Assembly: GCA_029259155.1 (NCBI GenBank)
Contig: JAPDJI010000014.1
Location: 1-64,000, forward strand
Direction of reading: 5' to 3'
DNA from: Candidatus Methanomethylicia archaeon
GTDB taxonomy: Archaea > Thermoproteota > Methanomethylicia > Nezhaarchaeales > B40-G2
Length of the DNA stretch: 64,000 nt
In this document: piece by piece, positions 19,773 to 27,352 of the stretch
Numbering within the stretch: the first letter of the stretch is position 1
How the letters are laid out: the number at the start of each line of letters is the position of its first letter
The notes under the pieces: generated by a model
What the model saw: only the letters and a program-made list of their open reading frames with translations
Told to the model about the DNA's origin: nothing
Database searches by the model: none
Program-made: the position numbers and the translations under genes

Positions 19773-20378
19773 ATGGTTAAGGCGGTGGACTTAGAACGCC
19801 TGTTGACGTCTTATAGCGATTCGGAGGAGTTAGATAAGGCTGAAGCCGTCTATCTCTTGCTTAGAAGGGTCAATAGAGGGGTCGTAGCTGAAGCTCTTTA
19901 TTCGAGATATGGCAGCGTATCGGCGCTAGATGAGGCTTTAGGGGACCTGGCTTCTATAGGCCTTGAAGCCTCGCAGAGCCAACTTTACATTAGAACTGAG
20001 GATACAGGGGAGGATCTCTATGCAGCAGTGGCTAGGCCTTTCCTAGCTTTGTTCGTACCTCTAATCGTTCAACGTTTAAGCGAGAGACCCAAACCGTCTT
20101 TTCCAACCTCTAAACTCCTCTATCTTCTCGTGGAGAGGGGGTTGGCTAAGCCAAGCTTTTCACATGAGCTTTCAAGGCTCCGTGAGAATTACAAGCTACT
20201 ATATGGAGAGGAGGTTGTGGAGGAGCCATTCAAGGACATGGTTAAGGAACTACAGGCTTACTGGGTTGTAGAGTTCACCGATGGTTACAGGGTCTTTTAC
20301 CCCGTCTACCTCAACCGTTTACTGCCGGAGCTTCGAGCCTTTACAGCCAAGGTTTCTCTCATGGTGGAACCCCCTTAG
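19773..20378 (+). CDS. Hypothetical protein
   Basis: 201-aa ORF with GGTGA SD; no recognised family. Confidence 0.7.
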   Translation: MVKAVDLERLLTSYSDSEELDKAEAVYLLLRRVNRGVVAEALYSRYGSVSALDEALGDLASIGLEASQSQLYIRTEDTGEDLYAAVARPFLALFVPLIVQRLSERPKPSFPTSKLLYLLVERGLAKPSFSHELSRLRENYKLLYGEEVVEEPFKDMVKELQAYWVVEFTDGYRVFYPVYLNRLLPELRAFTAKVSLMVEPP

Positions 20379-20456
20379 GGAAAACCTTAATACCTCATGT
20401 GACCAAATAGAGGACGTTATAAGGCTTAAGCCTAAACACATAGGGGGCTAAAAGCC

Positions 20457-21593
20457 TTGGATCTTAGCGAGACCATCTTTAAACGGTTTAGGGAGCGTAT
20501 TCGTGCTGAAGTCAAACATCTCTTCACGATCCCTATAATCTTCAGTTTGGGCTCAGGTGGTGGTAGGATATTATCGAATATCAATGTTAGTAAGATAGGA
20601 GCTATCAAGGTTGCTATTAACTCCAGCATTCGTGACCTTAGACAGATAGAGGAACGTGTAGACCTTCCCGTTCCCTGCGGTAATGGTGGAGGTTCAGGGA
20701 TGAGGCCTGAGAAGGGAAGAGAGGATTACTTAGAGGTGGCTGAAAGCATACCATACATGATAGAGAAAGCTTGTGAAGTCTATGGCTGCGAAGAACCTGA
20801 TTTGATAGTGACCATTGCCAGCGTTGGGCATGGTTTTGGCAGCGGGTCTTTGCCTGAACACGTAAAGGTGGTTAAGGAAAACTTTCCCAACGCGGTTCAG
20901 CTAGTGTTCACGGTGACGCCTTTCTACTTTGAAGGGGATGCACCACTCGTTAGGGCTTACCGTAGCTTGAGAGAAGCTGTCAAACACACAACGGTATTTC
21001 CTCTCTCCAACCAAATAGCTAGTCTTAAGATGAGTATTGATCCTCAGAAGATAAGGCTGACCGATGTATACCATGTTGTTAACTCTAGGATAGCTGAGAT
21101 TCTTAACACCCTTTTTGAGGCCCTGACCGCATCTGAAGGAGTTAGGATGGGTATGGATAAGAGCGATTTGAGGAATATGATGCAAGGAGAAATAGGAGCT
21201 ATAGGCATGGCCAGATACTACTCCCTCGCTGGTATAACAGTTGATAAAGTGCTTCAGGATATGGCTTCATCTATCTATGCTAGGCTGACAGTTAGGACTG
21301 AAGGGGCTTATGGTACATATATCATAGACTCTAATGAACAAGTCCCTCTAGCACTATTGAATGAACTTAGCCGCCAGCTAATATTAAAATGGGCTTTTAG
21401 AACCCAGTACCTTAAACCCTTAGTGATTGAGCGGGAGAGGGAAGGTGTTTCCATTTTCACCATCATGACCAACATAGTATTGAGCAAGCAAGTAGAACGT
21501 GAGCTTCATAGTTTGATTTTCGGTTTACAGGCAGGGGAATACTGGACGAAGTCCTTTGCTAGCAAGATTAAGAAGCTGTTCTTCAGGAAGTGA
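20457..21593 (+). CDS. Divergent FtsZ/tubulin-superfamily GTPase
   Basis: T1 GSGGGRI, AINS, GGGSGMRPEKG, signature SVGHGFGSG, TPFYFEG, T7-like GMDKSDL. Confidence 0.85.
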   Translation: MDLSETIFKRFRERIRAEVKHLFTIPIIFSLGSGGGRILSNINVSKIGAIKVAINSSIRDLRQIEERVDLPVPCGNGGGSGMRPEKGREDYLEVAESIPYMIEKACEVYGCEEPDLIVTIASVGHGFGSGSLPEHVKVVKENFPNAVQLVFTVTPFYFEGDAPLVRAYRSLREAVKHTTVFPLSNQIASLKMSIDPQKIRLTDVYHVVNSRIAEILNTLFEALTASEGVRMGMDKSDLRNMMQGEIGAIGMARYYSLAGITVDKVLQDMASSIYARLTVRTEGAYGTYIIDSNEQVPLALLNELSRQLILKWAFRTQYLKPLVIEREREGVSIFTIMTNIVLSKQVERELHSLIFGLQAGEYWTKSFASKIKKLFFRK

Positions 21594-21698
21594 AGGAACT
21601 TCTTCTTTCCACTTTAATTCAACTACCTCGACCTCGTCGAGCACGCCTGCACTCTTCTACGTCGTCCATATATGACCCTCTTAGAGCCTTTGTACCCT

Positions 21699-22247
21699 CT
21701 ACTCGTCGTAAGCTCCTAGATCTTGCTGACATCTATGGTGGCAACCTTGCTCAAGCTCCAACCTTCTAAAAAGCTCTTTAAAATCCTCCTCAAGCCTACT
21801 TAAAGCAGCCCTAACGGGCTTAGAAAGGCTCGCCTTAAAGGTATACGTTAAGCGTTTAGGCTGAATACCTATAAGCAGAAACTCTGAGTTGATGGATTCT
21901 TTAATGTAGGTGGCCAATAGTCTGAGAGAAGGTTTATGGGTATCAAGCGTTAAACCTGCAAGCTCGTCCTCACTATAGAGCTCTATGCTTCCAGGGGGTT
22001 TTCCTGCCTCTACAGCATCTACCACAACTACATGGCTTGGCTTAAACCTCCTAATACTTCCTGTATAGTTCTCAGGGTTCGATCCACAATCTAGAACCAA
22101 TACCCAGCTTGGCTTAAACTTCCTAACTCTCCTAGCGAAGAGAGGACCTACGGCGTCGTCCCCCCTTAAAGGATTGCCAACTCCAAGCAACACTACCTTG
22201 CGTGCCCCTCGTAACCTTCCGACTAACCTATCTAAGAGTGAGGCCAC
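21699..22247 (-). CDS. hycI: Hydrogenase maturation endopeptidase
   Basis: GVGNPLRGDDAVG, PEN, VDA, DTH, GIQP. Confidence 0.9.
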   Translation of the reverse strand: MASLLDRLVGRLRGARKVVLLGVGNPLRGDDAVGPLFARRVRKFKPSWVLVLDCGSNPENYTGSIRRFKPSHVVVVDAVEAGKPPGSIELYSEDELAGLTLDTHKPSLRLLATYIKESINSEFLLIGIQPKRLTYTFKASLSKPVRAALSRLEEDFKELFRRLELEQGCHHRCQQDLGAYDE

Positions 22248-22360
22248 AGTGGCCTAGAACAAGAAACAAGCTTTAAGGGTTAACGCTTCAACAGTAGCTG
22301 AAGACGGGAAGGTAAGCTTAAAAATAGCTACTGATAGACATCTACCTGCGGTGGCTCAGC

Positions 22361-22726
22361 TTGCGTTTTCGGTTTGTGAGAGGTACGGTAGAGGAGGTCG
22401 ACCTAGTTAACAGAACTCTCACCATAATGGAGGACCTAAGGTGGGTCATGGAGACCTACATCCTACCAGAGAACTTGATCCACCTAATAGCGGAGAAAGG
22501 TAGGGACTGGATCGTAGATAATTTCATAGGTAAGAAGGTGAGAGCGCTAGCTGAGGGCATTGATACCGAGGAGAACGTGGGAGGTGTTCCTGTAAAGCGG
22601 GTGAAGTGGACCATTGTTAAGATGTTAGACCCTCCCATCTCCACAACCATACCTGTACCTGTTGCGCCTGAAACTACCCCCGTGAAACGGCGTAAGTCAC
22701 GTGAAGAAGAGAGCAGCGAAGGATAA
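22361..22726 (+). CDS. Hypothetical beta-rich protein with disordered tail
   Basis: 121-aa ORF with GGTGG SD. Confidence 0.6.
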   Translation: MRFRFVRGTVEEVDLVNRTLTIMEDLRWVMETYILPENLIHLIAEKGRDWIVDNFIGKKVRALAEGIDTEENVGGVPVKRVKWTIVKMLDPPISTTIPVPVAPETTPVKRRKSREEESSEG

Positions 22727-22741
22727 CCTGTAAAAATTTCT

Positions 22742-23158
22742 TTATCGTAGTTTTTCAATAGCTTTTACCACGGCGCTTAATATTGCTTCAGGTTTAGGTG
22801 GGCAGCCAGCTACATAGACGTCTACAGGTATTACTTTATCTACAGGGCCAGCCACGGCGTAGCTTCCATCAAACACGTCTCCTGACACTGCGCAGTTACC
22901 TACCGCTACCACTATTTTAGGGTCAGGTACCTGCTCATAGACGCGACGTAACCTATCTTTAATCTGTAACGTCACTACCCCTGTCACGAGTAGTATATCA
23001 GCATGTCTAGGCGTACCCTTAAGGAGTGCACCAAACCTCTCAGCGTCGTAGAGGGGCGTTAGCGCAGCTACAACCTCTATATCACAGCCGTTACATCCAC
23101 CACAGGGGAAGTGCATGATCCATGGAGACTTCTTCCTAGCCCATGTAGAAAGATTCAT
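22742..23158 (-). CDS. Group 4 [NiFe] hydrogenase small subunit (EchC/HycG/NuoB-like)
   Basis: GGCNGCDIE, PRHAD, AVGNC, GCPPKPE. Confidence 0.93.
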   Translation of the reverse strand: MNLSTWARKKSPWIMHFPCGGCNGCDIEVVAALTPLYDAERFGALLKGTPRHADILLVTGVVTLQIKDRLRRVYEQVPDPKIVVAVGNCAVSGDVFDGSYAVAGPVDKVIPVDVYVAGCPPKPEAILSAVVKAIEKLR

Positions 23159-23164
23159 TTACGC

Positions 23165-23719
23165 TCACCCCATTTTTAACATAAACTTAGAGGCTTCCTT
23201 CAACGCTTCAGGTCTGGATCGGCATGGAGGACAAAGGGAGATGAGCTTACGGTACTCTTCGAGCGAAGCCCCCCGCTTATTTATCGACTCTTCCACTAGC
23301 TCAACTATCTTAGATAGTTGCCTTGACGTAGTAAAGTAGCTGCCACAGGAAGCACAGGCAGCTAATTCAAGCTCTAATTTATCTTCAGCCTCTTCCTTGT
23401 TATAGGTCACTATCACATACTCTCTAGATAGCTTGATGGCCTCCCAAGGACAGGTGTCTTCGCATCTACCGCAGAAGGCACAGTGTCCATGCCACACCCT
23501 TAAGACCCGCGTGGAGCCTTGATCCACCACGGTTATGGCTTTAGCCGGGCAAACTTGGCTGCATGCACCGCAACCTATGCATTTATCGCGGTCGTAGAGA
23601 GGCTTTCCTCTATAACCTTCAGCCGGGGGTATTTCCTTATACGGGTAAGGCACTGTCGATGGCTTGAGGAAGCCTTTAAGGCTCTCCAACATGGTTCTTA
23701 GGTTTACCAAATTAACCAC
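23165..23719 (-). CDS. 2x[4Fe-4S] subunit (HycF/EchF/NuoI-like)
   Basis: CIGCGACSQVCP and CAFCGRCEDTCP plus HycF-type CASC..CPPC. Confidence 0.9.
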   Translation of the reverse strand: MVNLVNLRTMLESLKGFLKPSTVPYPYKEIPPAEGYRGKPLYDRDKCIGCGACSQVCPAKAITVVDQGSTRVLRVWHGHCAFCGRCEDTCPWEAIKLSREYVIVTYNKEEAEDKLELELAACASCGSYFTTSRQLSKIVELVEESINKRGASLEEYRKLISLCPPCRSRPEALKEASKFMLKMG

Positions 23720-24639
23720 CCCGTGGAGGCTCTAATTAAATCTATCAAGGCTAGGGCTAAGCCCCAGGCCAAGAGGAATTTAAATGCTTGATCAACTCTT
23801 AGCCTAGTGCTCTGTGAATCTACGTAGGAGACTATGAACACTATTACGACGCATAACGCTAAGAAGCAGGCTACGTCTACGAACGGTATCCCTGTGAAAC
23901 GCCCTCCCGCGAAGAATAGGTCTACGGCTATGGCTGGAAGAACTATCCACCTGAACACATTGCCGAGCTCAAAGAGCCCTAGTAGGCTTCCTGAGTAATC
24001 TGTCAACGGTCCCGCTACGATCTCTACTTCGGCATCGGGTATATCAAAGGGTTTACGCCCAAGCTTGAGGACAAGAGCTATGAAGAAAGCTACCGCAGCG
24101 AACGGATAGCTAAACAGGAAAGGTGTGCCGCTCTGAGCTGCTATGATGCTGGCCATACTTAACCCCCCGGCTGCCTTAACTAAAGCTATGGCAGAGACTA
24201 CGAAAGGTATCTCCGAGGCGACTAGTAGGGTGAGCTCTCTGCTAGAACCTATAGCTCCGTAGGGGTTGCCTGAACTGGAGCCTGCTATGATAATGGATAC
24301 GCCAGGGATGGCGAGCGCGATGAGCACTACCAGCACGTCTCCTGTTACGCTTAGAGGGGCAGCTACTCCTAGGGGAGTTAGTGCAAGTGCGGTTAGATAT
24401 CCTGCTAAAGCTAGTAGGGGTGCTATTGTAAACCATGGTCTACTAGCAGCACTAGGCATTATGGTTTTCTTTGAAAATAGCTTAACGATGTCGGCGAGAG
24501 GCTGAATGATAGGTGGCCCTATCCTACACTGGAAGCGTGCCCTCAGTTTTCTGAAGAGCCAGTAGAATATCCAGCCAAAGATGAAGGCCAGAGCGAACTG
24601 GCAGGCTACTAACCCTGCTTGAAGTAGATAGTTGCTCAT
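23704..24639 (-). CDS. Membrane subunit HycD/EchB/NuoH-like
   Basis: RKLRARFQCRIGPP..QPLADIVKL, RKPFD..AEVEIVAG. Confidence 0.93.
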   Translation of the reverse strand: MSNYLLQAGLVACQFALAFIFGWIFYWLFRKLRARFQCRIGPPIIQPLADIVKLFSKKTIMPSAASRPWFTIAPLLALAGYLTALALTPLGVAAPLSVTGDVLVVLIALAIPGVSIIIAGSSSGNPYGAIGSSRELTLLVASEIPFVVSAIALVKAAGGLSMASIIAAQSGTPFLFSYPFAAVAFFIALVLKLGRKPFDIPDAEVEIVAGPLTDYSGSLLGLFELGNVFRWIVLPAIAVDLFFAGGRFTGIPFVDVACFLALCVVIVFIVSYVDSQSTRLRVDQAFKFLLAWGLALALIDLIRASTGWLIW

Positions 24640-25799
24640 AACATCACCCTCCTCCTGGCTAAGTCCTCTAAGGTTACATGTTTCACGGACCCATTCTTCA
24701 CATTAACCACTTCTACCCTGTCGGTGCAGGCTATGCATGGATCGATGCTGGCGAAGATTATGGGGGCGTCGGCTATATTATAGCCTATTAACATGACTGG
24801 CACGCTATGGTTATTCGCTACGGAGGGCGTCCTTATCCTCACTCTTTCAGGTATGTTTGTGCCGTTGCTACGCATATAGTAGAAGAGCTCTCCTCTAGGT
24901 GCTTCAACCCGGCCGAAAACTTCCTTGCCCTTAACAGGCTCTTTAATCTCCTCCGCCATGATAGGGCCTTCAGGTATATCCTTAAGTATCTGCTTGATCA
25001 TCTTAATGGACTCGAAGATCTCCATAAGCCTCACCAAGGTCTTAGCTAGCACGTCTCCTTGATCAAACACGGGTACAGACCATTCTAGTTTATCGTAGTT
25101 AGCGTATGGGTCATCTTTGCGCACATCTATGTCTATACCTGAGCCCCTCGCCGTAGGCCCTACGACACATAGTTTCTTGGCATCCTCTCTGGTTAAGACG
25201 CCTACCTCTGCTACCCTAGCCCTTATCATGCGGTCATTGACCACGGTCTCCTTTAATCTCTCAGCTGCCCGCTCAATCTCGACTAGCTGGGCTTCTACAA
25301 ACTTAGCTAGCTTGGGGGTTAAGTCTCGCCTAACCCCTCCGATAGTGGGGTAGGCGTAGTTGACACGTTTCCCTGTCACGGCTTCGAGCACCCTCATCAC
25401 TACCTCGCGGTCTCTCCACGCATGCATGAAGGCAGTATCAAACCCTATCAGGTGGAGGGCTACGCCGAACCATAGAAAGTGGCTATGAAGCCTCTCCAAC
25501 TCTGCCACTAGGGCTCTAAGATACTTGGCTCTCTCAGGGGGCTCCACGTCTAGTAGGTCCTCGATGGTCTGAGTGCAGGCGGTAGCATGGGCGTCGCTGC
25601 AGATTCCACATACACGTTCACATAGGAAGATTACTTGGTGAAAAGTTCTCCTGGAAGCTAGCCACTCTATACCTCGATGGAAGTAGCCTGTCTTAAGGTC
25701 AGCGCCTACGACGCGTTCACCTTCGACCTCCAGCCTTATGAAGAGGCTCTCCTTTAAGGCTGGGTGGAAGGGTCCTATAGGTATGCTACACGTGCTCAT
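24636..25799 (-). CDS. Group 4 [NiFe] hydrogenase large subunit (EchE/HycE-like)
   Basis: GPFHP, HRGIE, L1 ERVCGIC, EAPRGE, L2 DPCIACTDR followed by a cleavable C-terminal extension. Confidence 0.95.
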   Translation of the reverse strand: MSTCSIPIGPFHPALKESLFIRLEVEGERVVGADLKTGYFHRGIEWLASRRTFHQVIFLCERVCGICSDAHATACTQTIEDLLDVEPPERAKYLRALVAELERLHSHFLWFGVALHLIGFDTAFMHAWRDREVVMRVLEAVTGKRVNYAYPTIGGVRRDLTPKLAKFVEAQLVEIERAAERLKETVVNDRMIRARVAEVGVLTREDAKKLCVVGPTARGSGIDIDVRKDDPYANYDKLEWSVPVFDQGDVLAKTLVRLMEIFESIKMIKQILKDIPEGPIMAEEIKEPVKGKEVFGRVEAPRGELFYYMRSNGTNIPERVRIRTPSVANNHSVPVMLIGYNIADAPIIFASIDPCIACTDRVEVVNVKNGSVKHVTLEDLARRRVML

Positions 25800-25803
25800 C
25801 TAG

Positions 25804-26685
25804 TCATCCCACCCTCTCAACGAGCTTGGTTAAAGGTATTCGGTGAAGGTCTAAGCCCACCTCCTCTGGCTTGTAGCCGAAGGAGAGGGCTAGGAGCTCA
25901 GATAGGTAAGCTACGGGTATGTTAAACTCGAGACTTGTCTTAGATTTAAGGTCGGCCTGCCCCACCTCGAACTGTAGATAGCAGGTGGGACACACCACAG
26001 CTATTAAGTCAGCACCAGCTTCACTCACAGATTCAAGCTTCATCCTTAACGTCTCAGTTAAGGATAGCTCTTCATCGAAGCTTCTCTGAGGGAAGCCGCA
26101 GCAAAGTCTTTCAAGCTTATAGTCCACGACTTCAGCACCTATAGCCTTAACCAGCTCTTTAAAGGCCTCAGCTTTGAAGTACCAGTCTTCAGTCTTCTTT
26201 GACCTATAGAGGTGGCATCCTGGATGGACAGCCACCTTGATGCCTGTCAGCGGCTTAACCACAGCCTGCTTAATGCGATCTAATCCTTGCTCGTAGAGAG
26301 CTTCGGTGAGGTGTTTGACTTCCACGGTACCCTGATACTTCTTGCCTATCTTCGATAACTCCTTATTTACCTTCTCCTTAGCCTCAGGGTTTTCCTTTAA
26401 AAACTCGTTTGCCTCGAAGAGGGTTTCATAGCAACCGTTACACAAGGTCAGCACGGGAAGACCTAGGGCTTCAGCTATGGTAATGTTTCTGGCCGCCATC
26501 GTCAACCATAGCTCACGGTCCAGCAGCCCTGTGTAGAAAGGCTCAGGACAACATGAAGTGCCCTCCATGTCTCGGTAGGGCACTCCAAGCTTTTCCAATA
26601 CCTTGCGCGTAGAGGCTTCTATGTTAGAGAATCGGGTTTGAATCCAGCAGCTCCAAAACATGGCGTAGCCGGTCAACACAACCAC
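25804..26685 (-). CDS. hdrB: Heterodisulfide reductase subunit B-like protein
   Basis: Two CCG domains: SC, SCCP, AARN, CNGC, HPGCH, CCG, CPTCYLQF. Confidence 0.9.
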   Translation of the reverse strand: MVVLTGYAMFWSCWIQTRFSNIEASTRKVLEKLGVPYRDMEGTSCCPEPFYTGLLDRELWLTMAARNITIAEALGLPVLTLCNGCYETLFEANEFLKENPEAKEKVNKELSKIGKKYQGTVEVKHLTEALYEQGLDRIKQAVVKPLTGIKVAVHPGCHLYRSKKTEDWYFKAEAFKELVKAIGAEVVDYKLERLCCGFPQRSFDEELSLTETLRMKLESVSEAGADLIAVVCPTCYLQFEVGQADLKSKTSLEFNIPVAYLSELLALSFGYKPEEVGLDLHRIPLTKLVERVG

Positions 26686-26686
26686 C

Positions 26687-27352
26687 TCAATACCTCAACT
26701 TCTTACGTCCCCAGTCGAACTTCACCTTCTCGTCGAACTTGAAGTCCTTCATCAACTTCTGCACTTCAGTTAACGACGCAGGGTCGACAGCAGTACATTT
26801 AACAGCTTCAGGAAGACCTAGCTTAACGCGCTGCCTCTTAGCCGCGAAGGTCAAGGGGAAGCGCAGCCCCGTCGTCAACACCCCCTCTATCCCTGGCTTC
26901 TGAGTATCCGTCACAGGACCTTTCATAGGTCCTCTAAGCGGCTTAAGCTCCTCAGGCGCCTCAAAGGGTAGGGATATGTGACGTGGATCTGGATGTCCCT
27001 CAAACCGGATCCCAAACATGTCTTGTACTTCCCTCTCTATCATCCCCGCCCCGGGTATGATGGGGGTGATGGAGTCTACCGTTGGCTTCTCCTTGGGCAC
27101 CTTGAACTTGAGGTTCACGTAACTCCTCCCTATGGTCATATGGTAAATGAGCTCGAAATCTACTCCTAGGTCTACAGCTGAGATTGTGCAAAGCCTAGCG
27201 TTCTTCTCGTTGAAAAGCCACTCTACCATTTCCCTTAAGCAGTAGGGCTCTATGTATACTACGTACCTAGTCTCCCTGGCTTCTTGCACTTCGTGGACAA
27301 CATCCTTAAACTTGTTCTTCAGCTCCTCAACAACCTCCTTCATCACCATCAC
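26687..27352 (-). CDS. NuoC/EchD-like subunit with C-terminal HdrC-tail domain
   Basis: ISAVD..ELIYH..VDSITP..EREVQDMFGIRFEGHP; last ~77 aa resemble the HdrC C-terminus. Confidence 0.85.
   Translation of the reverse strand: MMVMKEVVEELKNKFKDVVHEVQEARETRYVVYIEPYCLREMVEWLFNEKNARLCTISAVDLGVDFELIYHMTIGRSYVNLKFKVPKEKPTVDSITPIIPGAGMIEREVQDMFGIRFEGHPDPRHISLPFEAPEELKPLRGPMKGPVTDTQKPGIEGVLTTGLRFPLTFAAKRQRVKLGLPEAVKCTAVDPASLTEVQKLMKDFKFDEKVKFDWGRKKLRY

Noticed and set aside
21590-21760. Possible degraded minus-strand ORF overlapping the hycI 3' end
   Set aside because: Short, broken by stops, no recognisable homology
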